DNA of 63,314 bases, the filler included, from Octopus bimaculoides (Eukaryota): the NCBI RefSeq assembly GCF_001194135.2. It is 3 parts of 3 records of this genome, joined end to end, with 100 filler letters (N's around TTAATTAATTAA, not from the genome) between each part and the next. Parts side by side here need not be neighbours in the genome. Positions count along the whole stretch, not along the records: positions 1 to 27,625 come from NC_068992.1; positions 27,726 to 56,127 come from NC_068990.1; 1 more part is not named here. One strand, given 5' to 3'. This document shows, in pieces, positions 14,583-28,295 of the stretch (positions are counted from its first letter, which is position 1; each line of letters starts with the position of its first letter). Made by a program: the position numbers and the translations under genes. The notes below the pieces were generated by a model. It saw nothing but the letters and a program-made list of their open reading frames with translations. It searched no databases and had not been told where the DNA came from.

Positions 14583-15459
14583 TGTGTGTGTGTGTGTGTG
14601 TGTGTTTGTGTGAGTGTGTGTGTGTGTGTGTGTATTTCTGAAAAGAGTTATTTCTAGAAGATCGTGGTAAACGATTATTTCAAGCCTCTTTCATTATTAG
14701 ATGACAAAAGCTGTAGGCTTCAAATTCGTCCATTTTCTAACCACGAAGAGAAAAGAATTTATCACAAATCGCTATCCTCGTCGGTATTTTACAAAAATCT
14801 ATATTTACACCTTACCACTTTCTGATTTTACAGCACTACTTCTTTCTCTCATTTACTGGTTATCACAACTTTTCTAGAAACGAGCATCGTTATAACAATT
14901 CCCACGATCCAACTCCATTTACCATTTCTCACACACAGACAAAAAGCAACAAAATAAATTGTTTTATCGCCCATTTAAACTTGTTGATTTTTGTAATTTT
15001 TACCACGTGCTTTCTATTAATTCCTTCATTTGTAGCTTCAATCGAATTTTCAGTTAAATGTCAGAAAGGAGAGAGTGCCGCACTAAATGACATATCACTA
15101 ATTAGTTAAAAACCCTTTAATTATCTGTTGTTAGATCACGCCGACGTGATCTGAAGCAAGAGTCAACCATCTCTACGTGGTTGCTAGAAATTCCTGAAAG
15201 CGCCACGAGGTTACTTTCATTTTAAAGAATACACGACCACGTCAGATTTTTACATATTTACTAAAATAAATAAATAAATGAATGAATAAAAGCAAACCCC
15301 GAAAGAAAATACAAAAGTAAATACGACAGGGAAGGGTCATGAATGTAAGACTTTTGATAAGGGTTTCATTCTATCCTAAGCCAATTAATTAAGACATTTT
15401 CGTCGCCGGCATCGGGGATTATCTTTACTAGACTACAGAAATATGTGTGTGGATATGTT

Positions 15460-15619
15460 CTTTTATTCTTGTACTTGTTTCAGTCATTTGACGGCGGCCA
15501 TGCTGTAGCACCTCCCGAAAGGGTGTTAGTAGTTACTCTCTATCCATTCGCTTGCCGAACCACTAAGTTACGGGGACGTAAACACACCAGCATAGGTTGT
15601 CAAGTGACGGCGGGTGCGA

Positions 15620-15622
<3 letters not shown>
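15460..15622 (-). mobile_element. SINE family B, 3' half
   Basis: ttgtttcagtcatttgacggcggccatgctg...gccgaaccactaagttacggggacgtaaacacacc, then (CA)n. Confidence 0.85.
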
Positions 15623-15705
<83 letters not shown>

Positions 15706-16347
15706 TACGCCTCGGATTTGCATTATTATTTTATATATATTGCAAACTATATATATGGAGGTGGAAACAGTACAGAAGTAAACCTAAGACATTTCAATTT
15801 AGAAAGTCTTTAATAAAATGATTTACAGAATATATATAGAAAATATTTACCGGTTTCGATGATGAATTTCATCGTTTCAAATATTAATCAAAATTTGAAG
15901 TTAGATCAGTTTGTATCATTCTTCTGTTGGGTGGTCAGAACATACCTGGAGTTTTTAATGCCGAAGTCTTCTTTAAATATAGTTTGGTTTAAAGTTGAAG
16001 GTTTTAGGGAGAAAGAGAGGGGGCGTAGTTGTCTATTGACTAAAATAAATCTTTGTGGGTTCCTGCTGAGGCTTAAAGGCATTTATTAAATGAGTTTCAT
16101 GCCCATCTGTGTGTTCATGTATGCGTGCGTGTATGTGTGTGCATGTGTGTGCGTGTGTATTGAGTTGAATGTCCTTTCAATATGTTTGGAATGTGACCAG
16201 CTGTGTGTTAATGGGTGAGTTTGTTGTGATGAATGTCTTGTTAAATGTGCTATTAAGGATTTAAAATTTCCTTCTTTTTGATGTGTGCGGGTTTGAACTG
16301 CGATGTCTTCTTTTGAGTGCCTCCACCTGTGTATATGTTTGTGTGCG

Positions 16348-16401
<54 letters not shown>

Positions 16402-17089
16402 GTTTTTCTTTGAGTGTATCCATACACACACATAAAGATAAAGACTCACGTACATAAGCGTACACATACACAGACATATATATACTTTCATACATATTTA
16501 AATGCATACATTATAAATATGCGTGCATATATATATATATATATATACATATACATACATACACAAATATATGTGCATATGTATAAGTATAGGTAATGGA
16601 TACATTGATTGAGAGAAAGAGAGGGGACATTATGAGATAAAACACTCCATAGAACATTGTCTATATAATTCTTCTTTCCTTCGGCAAACTCAATTGAATT
16701 ATATAAGAAATACTTCATTCGAAAACAGAGAAAACATGTCTGCTGTACTGCACATATTTATTCCCACCGTCCTTCCGTTCATTTTTCTTTCTGTTGAAGT
16801 TTTAAGTTGGCATTCAGTGAATTATCGAACTAAACACAATATAAGCATATTATCTTGAGTTAACCTATTGTGCGCAATATGCTGTGCTCTGTCCATCGAT
16901 TTCATTGGTATGTTATATTACATACAAGCATGGTGGCGTGGAATACATTTCCGCTCTCAGTATGTCGTACCTCTTTGGGGAGAATCCCATTGGCTATGCA
17001 TTACAACGCTACTGATGCCATTACAGCGAAACAAATAGCACAAAGATTAACGATACAATATCCAGTAGTAGTAGTAGTAGTAGTAGTAA

Positions 17090-17120
<31 letters not shown>

Positions 17121-17139
17121 GAGAGTAATGATAATCTTT

Positions 17140-17603
17140 CTGCTTTAGGCGCCAGGCGAGAAATTTTGTGTGGGGCGGTCAGTCGGGATCACATCAACCT
17201 CAGTCCCAGCACTTTAATGGCGTTTATTTTACCGTGCCAGAAAGGAAGAAAGAACAAATTCCACCTCAGCGGAATTTTGAACTCGGAACATAAAAGCGGA
17301 AGAAATACTGCTGAGCATTTTGTCCGGCAAGCTAACATTTCTGCCAGCTTGTCACTTAACAATAATAACAAAAGCAACAACAGTATCAACAATAATAATC
17401 TTTTGTACTCTAGGCAAAATTTTGGGGGAGAGGGCCAGTCGATTAGATCGACCCCAGTACTCAACTAGTACTTAGTTTATCGACCCCGAAAGGATGATTG
17501 GCAAAGTCGACCTCGGCGAAATTTGAACTCAGTATGTAAAGACAAACGCAATACCGTTAAGCATTTCGGCCGGCGTGCTAACGTTCCTACCAGCTCGCCG
17601 CCT
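17140..17603 (-). mobile_element. Two tandem SINE family A copies (17140-17357 old; 17400-17603 younger)
   Basis: Both align with the reverse complement of 5663-5880; separated by an (AAT/AAC) tract. Confidence 0.85.
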
Positions 17604-17735
17604 TCATTAGAAAATTTTTTTTTTTCATTTTATCTAGTTTCAGCTCATGAGCTGTGGCCATGCTGGGGCACCGCCATTAATAAATATTATGAACAGTGTT
17701 ATACGATATTCGTACCTTATTGGTCTCTCACCAGA

Positions 17736-17792
<57 letters not shown>

Positions 17793-17893
17793 TATAATAA
17801 TTATAATAATGATGGTAATAAAAACAGCAATAATAACAATGCTGACTATAATATTGATGATGATGACGTCTATAACAGCAATAAAACATAACG

Positions 17894-17971
<78 letters not shown>

Positions 17972-19478
17972 GCCTATTTCTTAGGATGAACGCACTCACT
18001 TTAATGAATATTTATCGACCGCAATTCCGACCATAAATCAAAAACTTGCTGATTGGAATCTGAACAGATTGTCTTCGTTTATCTGTGACTAAAAATCTCA
18101 AACAATATATACCGTCAGTTTGTCTGTCTTTCTGTCTGACTGTCTGTCTGTGAGTCTGTCTGTCCGTCTGCTTGCCTGTCTCTGTTCTTTCTTTTCTTTT
18201 TCTTTTACTTGTTTCAGTCACGGTGCTGTAGCCATGCTGGATTACAGGCCTGGAAGTGTGGAGTCGAACAATTCGACGCCAGTATCTACTTTTTTAAACT
18301 CTGGTACTTCGTATACGGTGTTTTTGTATCCACATGAAATAGCATGTGTGTGTGTGTGTATGTGTGTGTGTGTATGTGTGTGTGTGTGTGTGTGTGCGTG
18401 TTCAACAGACGCTAGAATTTATTGCTATGTATGTATAAATATTTGAACGTTTTTATGGAGCAGTGGTTTCGATGATTTTCACTGATGAAGCGGGTAAATG
18501 CCAAAGTTACAGGACACTTCTTTTCTAATTAGAATATTGTTGTTGGTCGATGAATATAATGAGTTTTTTTCAATATTGAAAGTAGCAGTGAAAATGAAGG
18601 ATCTCTTAATGGGCATATTAGAACCCGGATGCCATCCTGTGCTGACATTCCACCCCATATGCGGAGTCTTTGGACAAAACTTAAAACGATTTCCGTGACC
18701 GACCATGACAGTAGTTCTCTCAGAATATCTTCTCTTCTGATATTTTGTTGAATTTCACCTTGAAAGATCGACGATTTCAAAGAGAAAGGAAGAAATTCGT
18801 TATGAGAACTGCACACTCTCTTTGAAAACGCGTTGTAGGACACGTTCCCTAATTAGTTGACAATAAAGAGTTGGGGGTGATCTATGAAAATTGGAAGGAA
18901 CTATTTTGAAAGATATAGATTTTATTATGTTGGAAATAAGGATTTTCTTTTTAGATATTAATCTTCGGATTCCTTTTGGAGAGAACCTCGTATTCCAAAT
19001 TCATTGCATTTGTTTATTAACTTCACAGACATTTGTCAGTCTTAATTAATTTGCAACAAGTTTTAGAACACTCTCATTGAATGCTAACCTAGATTAGCGG
19101 AGTCACAACCGACCTTGGTGATTCATGAGTCTAGTCACCATACATACGTGCACAAATATACGTAAATACATAAATACATACAATACATAAAGACGTACAT
19201 ATATACATATATGTATATCTATATATATATGTATGTATGAGTATATTATATATATATATATATATNNNNNNNNNNNNNNNNNNNNNNNNNNNNNNNNNNN
19301 NNNNNNNNNNNNNNNNNNNNNNNNNNNNNNNNNNNNNNNNNNNNNNNNNNNNNNNNNNNNNNNNNNNNNNNNNNNNNNNNNNNNNNNNNNNNNNNNNNNN
19401 NNNNNNNNNNNNNNNNNNNNNNNNNNNNNNNNNNNNNNNNNNNNNNNNNNNNNNNNNNNNNNNNNNNNNNNNTATATA

Positions 19479-19518
<40 letters not shown>

Positions 19519-20165
19519 TGTGTGTGTGTGTGTGTATGCGCGCATACATGCAAACAATTGAATAACAGCAAACACATCTTTACATTGAAAGCATTCAAAT
19601 ACTATAACAATATCTCAGAGAAATATAAATATTGACAGATTTATTAAATGAGACAAGACTATTTGTCATAACATTGAGCTGTTCAATCTATAAACATCGA
19701 CACTGTTATCTTCCATTCCAAGTCATGGCTGAATCAGTTAGTTTAACTTGTTGTGTCATGATGGTTCACCTCGATACACAGCGTAATTTAATTTCTAATT
19801 TATCGTCTGCAACGTATTGGTTGGTATCAATCTGGAAGTGTAGACATGTTTTGACCTCACCAATAAACATATTCTTATCAGTGCCGACTGAAATGGTAAT
19901 ATGTAGAATTGGATTAAAGAATCGTTGAAAAAGAATTTGAGAATCGGTTTCGCTTTTTTGCTGCATTTTAATTTACAATATATTTGAAGAAAGGGCGAAA
20001 CGCTGTTAGATGGGTGCAATTCCTGGACCAAGTGGTGTATTATATTCTTGAGAAAGACACCTGGAGTAATGTTGCTGCATTGAACTGAGCTGAAAACGAG
20101 TGACAACCGAACACTGGTGAAAATATGATATCCTCGATACTTTGCTGGATAAAAGGTGGAAAGAG

Positions 20166-20285
20166 CTAGAGGTACCTGTCTCTACTCAACACAGTGTACG
20201 TTGATAAAACAATTAGCAGAAGCAAGGTGCGTGTCACATGCGAGTGACGGCTATGGACTGGACAAGAAATGCAGAAGAGACAATT
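20166..20285 (-). CDS. Candidate exon encoding a hydrophobic segment (...HSRHSHVTRTLLLLIVLSTYTVLSRD)
   Basis: Acceptor tctcttctgcatttcttgtccAG (exon start 20257) or aaacttcAG (20285); donor CAG|GTACCT after 20176, or read-through to TAG at 20166-20168; open frame. Confidence 0.3.
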   Translation of the reverse strand, partial: NCLFCISCPVHSRHSHVTRTLLLLIVLSTYTVLSRDRYL

Positions 20286-20824
20286 CTGAAGTTTTAATTA
20301 ATTAAAATTAATCAAGATTAGAATAGAGGCAATGGAATAAAGTGTGATACAGATGCTGTCAGTGGGGTGAAAAATTCATGCAAGTTCTAATGTTTTAAGA
20401 CTACCACGTTTCTTTTACAATTCTTAGCAGATGAAACTGTGTCGGAAGACGGATATAGATTACGTTTGTTTGTGAATAAATGCTGAGTGTCGTAATAAAC
20501 CAAGCAAGAAGTAATAATCAATAAATAATTTGGTTAATTCCCGACAATAGCAAAAGAACACCCGTGAGTGAGGCTTATAATTGAATTAACGGTTTGTGGT
20601 AATGGCTTCGAACAAATTTTATTGATTCTCGAAGAAGGAAACGGGGCGGGGAACGACCTTCGATAGCCAGTGAGTACACTTGTGGATGAAGGCTACTGTA
20701 TAACACTAGTTAATAAGTTAGTTGGTGTTTAATCAATTCTAATGTTGGACCGTCTCTATAACAATGCCAGAAAGATAATACTTGAAAACAGCTAGCAAAG
20801 ACTGAGTGAGAATACATAACATAC

Positions 20825-20894
<70 letters not shown>

Positions 20895-21175
20895 NNNNNN
20901 NNNNNNNNNNNNNNNNNNNNNNNNNNNNNNNNNNNNNNNNNNNNNNNNNNNNNNNNNTGTGTGTGTGTGTGTGTGTGTGTGTATTTGTCTGTGTGTATCC
21001 ATATATACACATATATAAATCTATATGTATATATATATATATATATGTGTAAAGTAAATGGAAAGAAATTTGGGGAGAGCGTAACAGCAGGTGGTCCTCA
21101 GATGGGAAAACCTCTTTATGCAAGTGTTTCGGTCCTTAACTCCTGACACTCTAGCGGGATCGGTCCACATCCAAG

Positions 21176-21484
21176 CCTTGTCCCGAAATTACCATCACCA
21201 AACTGGAACGCATACTCTTCCGCTTTTTGTGGAAGGGAAGCGCTCCGATGGTTAGGCGATCCATCTACTGTCGATACCCGCGAAATGAAGGACTGGGCAT
21301 GCCGTGGTTGATTATGCGCAGACATGAGCTGAGAGTGCGACATCTTCGGCGCTTCAGAGAAGAAGATGAACAAGTGTGGTCACCGTTTGTGCGCTGCGCT
21401 TTCCAGCAGCTCGTCTCTTTGACCGAACTGCAATCGTATTTTGTCCCCTCTGTGCTCGGCCCTGTGTGGCTAATAAAGAAATTT
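21176..21484 (+). mobile_element. Tx1/L1-like LINE fragment: post-RT coding segment fused to the element's 3' terminus
   Basis: PCPEITITKLERILFRFLWKGSAPMVRRSIYC...GLGMPWLIMRRH is typical of L1/Tx1 ORF2 after RT; 21436-21484 matches the reverse complement of 58781-58830. Confidence 0.85.
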
Positions 21485-21535
21485 ATCTGTCTGTCTGCGG
21501 GTCCCTCTGTGTGCCTATGCATGTATGTATGTATG

Positions 21536-21610
<75 letters not shown>

Positions 21611-24600
21611 TCTATGTGTCAGTTTGCTTATTTATGTATCCACACATATGTATGTATGGTAAAGTAACAGTAGCAAAATATGTGAATAAAATATGTATTT
21701 TGCATAGAGGAAATATCATCCTGTATGGACCTGAAGACGTTGGATTGAGCAGAAAGATATATATACGAATATATATATTTATTGTATCAAATATTACTCT
21801 TTGCTGGGCTGTTCCTGACTCTACATTACTATATATTTATGTGTATATATATATTCAAACGTATATATATATATTTATATGTATATATACATACATTCAT
21901 GCATACATACATACATCTATACATACATATATACATGCATACATATATACACATATACACACACGAGCACCACATATACATATATAACTAGACTCGATGT
22001 TGCTTAACTTATAAATATATATATAAAGATGCATGTACATAGGTGTATGTATGTGTCTATGTCTACATATGTGTATACACCAGTAACTATGTAATGATTA
22101 TAAATGTATAAAAAGACAATGCCTCGGTTAACTAACGGCAGAACTAAATTAGCTAAAAGAAAACACGACCTCTTTTACAAGTGCAGCAGATATAATATCT
22201 AAATAAATTTGTTTAAGAAATTCATAGAAAAGTTTATTTGCCGAGAGTTTATTTATGAATGTTGTCTTTAAATATATATACCCGTCTTCCTTCCTTTCAA
22301 AATTAAAATCGATAAGATCATATATCGATTGGATGTAAATTAAATTTGGTTGATTTTCATCACAGAATGAAAACTAAATGCTATCATTTTATTTTATTTT
22401 CGTGTGTTTGAAGTTAATCTTCTTAATTCAGTAAGTATTAAATTAGCTTTGAAGCTTTGTTATCAAAGAAATACAACCAAGGGTTGGATATTTTTTTCTA
22501 AGTTTGTTTACCTACATGAGAGAAGAAATAAAGAACTTCTCAGAACAAAATAAGCTTTCGTTTTCCATGTTATTTATAGAACGCTCGAGATCAGGATATT
22601 TTGGTGCCACAGTTCTAGAATAGTTTCTATTTAGGACCAGATGGTTTTATTCCGAAGGGGTTTGAAGAACCAAAAAAAAAAAGTAGATATGTATGTAGAT
22701 AGAAGGATAGTATTACTCTAATGACGATCGTCTGCAAACAGCTAAAGGGGTTTATCGTTCGATAAAATGTGGAATCTAATATGGACATATAAAAAAACAT
22801 AGAAAGAAGATGGAGAAGGAAAAGAAAAGAAAACAATTTGGTATTAATGGAATGAGATGAGAAGAAGATGCATGTTACCCAGATAAAGGGATTAGAGATT
22901 ATCTCTTAATATATGGTTGGTATAAAGTATGCAAACAGGGAACTTGCTGCGGCAAGTGGATTGTATTGAATCTATCTATTACTGCTTGTTGTTTCTTTTT
23001 TTGTGCAATAAGAATCGCGAACCTATTTCTGCCAACTTTCCAGAGTTTTCCCACGAATTTTCTCATTAGTCATTCGTGTTTTATTTCGATACGAAATGGA
23101 GCAAAAAGAATAAGCTCACATAACCGGAAACGATTAAAACAGTTGCAAAAGAAAATAACACATTAATCCACCAATTTACTTGTAAATAATGTGTAATAAT
23201 GAAGATTTAACTCAATTCAATAATGTCTTGATCATATATTTCCAAATAAGGTCCGGCATGTTGTCAAATGTGAAATCTTATTACTCAGAGTTCAAACTAA
23301 AATGCAATAATTATTCAATTAACCTAACTGAGCATGCATAAAATATATTCATAGACTATATCACGGGTATAACTGGTTAATATAGTACATTCTCCGCTTC
23401 TCCAAATTCTATACATGGGAAGGTTTGTGCCTTAAGGCTCTGTGCTAACGAAACACTTGTCAACCGAGAGTTGTAATACATCATGGTAATTATAGAGAAT
23501 TTAATAACTGAATCCTCAAACAAATAGATGCTAACTTAGATACGTCATGTCATTTAGGGATGATAAGTTCGGAGCTAAGCGGGATTCCTTGGCGTATGAG
23601 TGGCTAACATTACCACTGGGTCAAAAGAATACCCGATGGAAATACCTGAATAAACACTAGGCTCTTGGTAAACCTTGATTTAAAAGACCTAAAATATCAT
23701 CAAAGATAGTTCAGTGCTACCGACCCTCAAAACTGGTTTTGATGTTGCAGCGTAAATTCTTCACATTGTCTTCCATCTCTTCGGAGTCGATGAAGAGAAG
23801 GAACCAACCAAGGACGGTGGATTTGTGGGACTGTAAATCCGTCGGACTGGATGCCTTGCAGTCGTTGTTCATGCTTTTTGCATTGTGAGTTCAAATCCCA
23901 ACATGGCTTATCTGTGTAAAACTCCGATCCAGCCACTTTTACGGGAGTCTACTCTCTTGCATGTCCAACTCTCCGGAATCAGGGTCCTTCCCATCTACCA
24001 ATCTCAGATTTCTTGTAAGGTTTCAAGTGCACTGCCTTCAGTAATAATTAAAAAGAAAACCAAAATATAGGACTTCATTATCCAAAATGCCTTTCCTTTT
24101 TTTAAGAGGGGTTTGGCTGCTATTTTCAGTAAGTGAGTGCCAACATAATACTTCTGTCATAAGGTCTGCTCGAAGTGGGGAGAAGACGGACTTGGTACTC
24201 GTTGTTAGCAAGTAACAGAAATAAATCTTTATGCCTATTCTAATCTCTAAGTAATTAAACAAGATTCTAATTGCTTTCAGAAAACATTAGTGATGTATAT
24301 TAATAGAAGTAACATTTTCGTACGACCGATAACTTTGTGCAATTAGATATTCCTTTCGTTGTGAATATTTATTTATACTTCAGAAGCTGATATATATCAT
24401 TTGGACACTATTGTGCGTATGCTGTGCGCGCGCATGCTTGTATGTATGTATGTATGTATGTATGTATGTATGTATGTATGTATGTATGTATGTATCGATG
24501 TAAGTGTGTGTGCGTGTATATGTATAAATTTACATGTACAGTATACGTGTGTGTAACTGAGTATATTTATATTATATAAATGTGTGTGTATACATATTAT

Positions 24601-24865
24601 ATATATATATATATATANNNNNNNNNNNNNNNNNNNNNNNNNNNNNNNNNNNNNNNNNNNNNNNNNNNNNNNNNNNNNNNNNNNNNNNNNNNNNNNNNNN
24701 NNNNNNNNNNNNNNNNNNNNNNNNNNNNNNNNNNNNNNNNNNNNNNNNNNNNNNNNNNNNNNNNNNNNNNNNNNNNNNNNNNNNNNNNNNNNNNNNNNNN
24801 NNNNNNNNNNNNNNNNNNNNNNNNNNNNNNNNNNNNNNNNNNNNNNNNNNNNNNNNNNNNNNNNN

Positions 24866-24922
<57 letters not shown>

Positions 24923-25509
24923 ATATATACTTACCTATCCATCTATCTATTCATCTATCTATATCCCCGTATATGTATACCTCTCTCTCTTTCACTCTCT
25001 CCCCTCTCTCTACATACCTACATTCATACATACACACATACATATATACATACATACATATATACATATGTGTGTGTGTGTGTAATATATAAGTCACGTA
25101 TACAATTCATGCTCATACAAAATATAGCATGAAAATTTTAAAAAAAACGGAGAAAAGACATTCTCACCGAAAACAATGTTGGCGTATTTGCATTCTTGCA
25201 TCGACGATTTTGATTCTTTTTTATGCTTTTGATAATTTTATAAATATTGTAAGATCTTCATGTTTTCGACGAGACGAGAATCATGATGATCGTTTGGAAA
25301 ATTACAATCATTTCTGCTTTGTTTTTATTTTAGTCTTTCATAGCTCAACAAAAGAAAAACGAGAACGAAAAGCAAGAATAATGATACATTGTTAAGCAAG
25401 ACATACTTTCTCGAGTCTTATAGACAACAGGGTGCCGCGACCTGGTCCCTGCAGCTATTAGAAATAACAGTCAGACGTTTTTCGATTCTCATCCTGCTGT
25501 CAGTAATAT

Positions 25510-25712
25510 TGGTTTTCAATTTGGTACAAACCCCGCAAGTTTAGAGCAGGTGATAAGTCGATTACATTGACCCCCCCCCCCCCCCGCTGCTCAACTGCGA
25601 CTTATTTTTACTAACGCCGAAAGGATGAAAGGCGCGATCGATCTCAGCAGAACTTGAGCTCAAAGTGTAAAGACGGACGATATGCCACTAAGGATTTTTT
25701 CCGGCGTGGTAA
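25510..25712 (-). mobile_element. SINE family A, diverged
   Basis: gccgaaaggatgaaaggc...agaacttgagctcaaagtgtaaagacggacga matches family A; another partial copy at about 25990-26095. Confidence 0.7.
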
Positions 25713-26267
25713 ATTGTCATAAATAAGGAAAAACACAGAATGATAATTGTCGCAAATATACAAAATGGCTGGATGGTCTGAACTGGAAAGCGTTTCCTCA
25801 TACATAGAAAAAACGAAAACAACAACAACATAAACCTCTGTTTATGTTGTTGAGTTTATCCCTAATTTTTTAATTTATGGAGTTTCTTTTAAGGACTACA
25901 TGGCATATTTCCTTTCTGGTCTGAAGCAAAATTTAAGATGTGAAAGTTTTGGTTGCTATCCTAGGTTAAATTTAAAATATGGCTTAAGTTTGTAGAAGGA
26001 TGAAAAGCAAAGTTGACGTCACTGGAATTTGAACTCAGAACACACAAAGACGGACGAAACACTTCTAAGAATTTTGTCTGGCGTGATAATGCTTCTTGGA
26101 ATCATTAATTACTTGGATGACAATATATTACACTTATAATTCGGTGAAATGATTTCACAGATATGTTTGTAAAAAGTAGAAATGAAAATATTTAGGAAAA
26201 CATTACAATTCTAGAAGTATGAAGAGAATATACATATTTAGAGATTGTGTCATTGTCATGAAGTGTA

Positions 26268-26269
<2 letters not shown>

Positions 26270-26352
<83 letters not shown>
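26270..26352. repeat. (GA)n microsatellite
   Basis: Directly visible; a second long (GA)n at 54096-54183. Confidence 0.95.
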
Positions 26353-26355
<3 letters not shown>

Positions 26356-27354
26356 AGAGAAAGAGAAATGACAAACATAAAAGAGTGTAATGCGGTAAAA
26401 ATGCTAGCTATGGTTCACACACACACATACACACACGCGCGCACACACACACAAACGGTATCTCGCAGTGAGTTAAAATTAGTTTTCTGATTGAATCATG
26501 TAGTCGAAACTTCAAACCGCATTTTGATAAAAATTTACTTTTAAGAATTTTCAAGAATGCACAAACTTTAATAATTACTCTCTTTTAGTGAAAACTACCT
26601 ACTTATAATTAACATTAGGCGCTTTCTTCTGTAGTATAGAATAAATTCCTTGTTTGTAAGTGAGATTTTTCCTCTTGTACTCAATCACCTTACATTTCTT
26701 ATGTCCAGTATATTTCAACTAGCATTTTGCTACATATTCCCTGCAGGGAGGCATCCTGAAGTGAAGATTAACGTCCTGTTTTCAGTTGTCAAACATTTCT
26801 AAATGTCCACTACATCCGAGATAGCATCCTGCTACATATTCCAAAGACAAGATAGACTTAGGCACATAAAGCAAAATACAACTGGATTTACATCAGTTAA
26901 TGACAGAATAATCTGAAAAAGTTATATTCAGAGTTGCATACGAACACGTGCTGTCCCCTCGCGGACAGTTGATACAATAGAAAGATACTTATATTGTGTA
27001 TTGTGTAACATCCAACTACGTAGAAATGGTGTTGAATGGTGCTGTTGTTTAACCCCAGGTCAGCTATAGATGCGCGAGTTCAAATCTATTCACATATTCA
27101 TACAGCCACTCACAGAAACGACGTTTAACCCAGAAGCAACCAGTCTTTTCTTAAGCTTTGTTTACTACGGACAACATTATTCAGTGTCCCTTCTTCCTTA
27201 AGATATTAAGGTATGATTTGAGGGGAATTTAACTGCTTTGTCTAACAACTTTATCGATCAAGCAAAGGTTTCGTCGTATGTGATATCGTTCGCCCAGAGT
27301 TTTATGCATGTCTTATAGCTACGGTCCTTCTGCTGAGTTGTCATTCAATTTGCC

Positions 27355-27376
27355 ATGCATCTATCTATCTACCTAC

Positions 27377-27441
<65 letters not shown>

Positions 27442-27450
27442 CATCTATCC

Positions 27451-27491
<41 letters not shown>

Positions 27492-27546
27492 CCTATCTAG
27501 CTATCTACCTACCTATCTATCTATCTATCTATCTATCTATCCATCC

Positions 27547-27625
<79 letters not shown>
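27355..27625. repeat. (TATC)n microsatellite running into a gap
   Basis: Directly visible; source of the YLSI ORFs. Confidence 0.95.
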
Positions 27626-27725
27626 NNNNNNNNNNNNNNNNNNNNNNNNNNNNNNNNNNNNNNNNNNNNTTAATTAATTAANNNNNNNNNNNNNNNNNNN
27701 NNNNNNNNNNNNNNNNNNNNNNNNN

Positions 27726-28083
27726 CCTATTGTCATAGGTGCCCTGGGAATGACAGCGAAACGGGCTGATTACTACCTAGCTCAGATACCAGGAAACCCC
27801 AAAATGGCTGAAGTCCAAAAGATAGTGCTCATGGGAACCGCCCATATCCTACGTAAAATACTGTCTATGTGATCTCAAATTTTAAAGCAAACATAATTTT
27901 CTTATGGTTTCTTAAACATTGACTTGAACAAAACTGTACAAATCCAAATATATGGTACCCTAGGCATAACACCTACATGAACTTCTAACTTGTTGTCTCT
28001 TGAGGTCTCTGGGTGAGACTTGGATCCAACTTGTACAAATGCAAAACAAAAGTCAAACATAAAATAATAATAATAATAATAAT
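27726..28083 (+). mobile_element. R4/Dong-clade (RLE) LINE 3' end with (AAT)n tail
   Basis: IVIGALGMTAKRADYYLAQIPGNPKMAEVQKIVLMGTAHILRKILSM* (stop 27870-27872) matches the R4/Dong C-terminus (VIGALG...Q+..L+GTAHILR); 3' UTR ends in (AAT)n. Confidence 0.8.
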
Positions 28084-28293
28084 GATAGTAAAAATAATAA
28101 CATCGAAAAATACCTTTAGGAATGAGAACCCAGGTTGGAAATTTTCCCAAGACACCTGATGCAGGCTGGAGGGTATATCAGCCGAAACGTTGTGTTAACA
28201 ACAAACAAGGTGAGGACAAATATCCGTCGAATGTAAATAATATAAATAATATAAATAATGTACATAATTCCTCATCTCTTAAATATAGAACTG
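28084..28293 (+). mobile_element. Penelope-like terminal repeat (pLTR) fragment
   Basis: Near-identical to 56655-56770, which follows a GIY-YIG ORF; contains a hammerhead motif. Confidence 0.8.
28151..28196 (+). ncRNA. Minimal type-I hammerhead ribozyme motif, family 1 (core variant CUGAUGCA)
   Basis: GACAC-CTGATGCA-GGCTG-gagggtatat-CAGCC-GAAAC-GT-T-GTGTT: stem I, stem II and palindromic ACGT stem III; one core difference from copy 2. Confidence 0.7.
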
Positions 28294-28295
28294 TA

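Noticed and set aside
14816-14873. Minus-strand AG...GTAAGG pair
   Set aside because: All frames closed; shows that such site pairs arise by chance here.
18482-18510. CTGATGA followed by a short GC stem
   Set aside because: No GAAA, stem III or stem I; not a hammerhead.
18540-18850. Acidic/Ser stretch suggesting a piggyBac remnant
   Set aside because: No convincing motif or TTAA/TIR boundary.
27670-27681. TTAATTAATTAA island between N runs (also 56172-56183)
   Set aside because: An identical six-frame-stop palindrome inside gaps is an assembly spacer, so adjacency across these gaps is uncertain.
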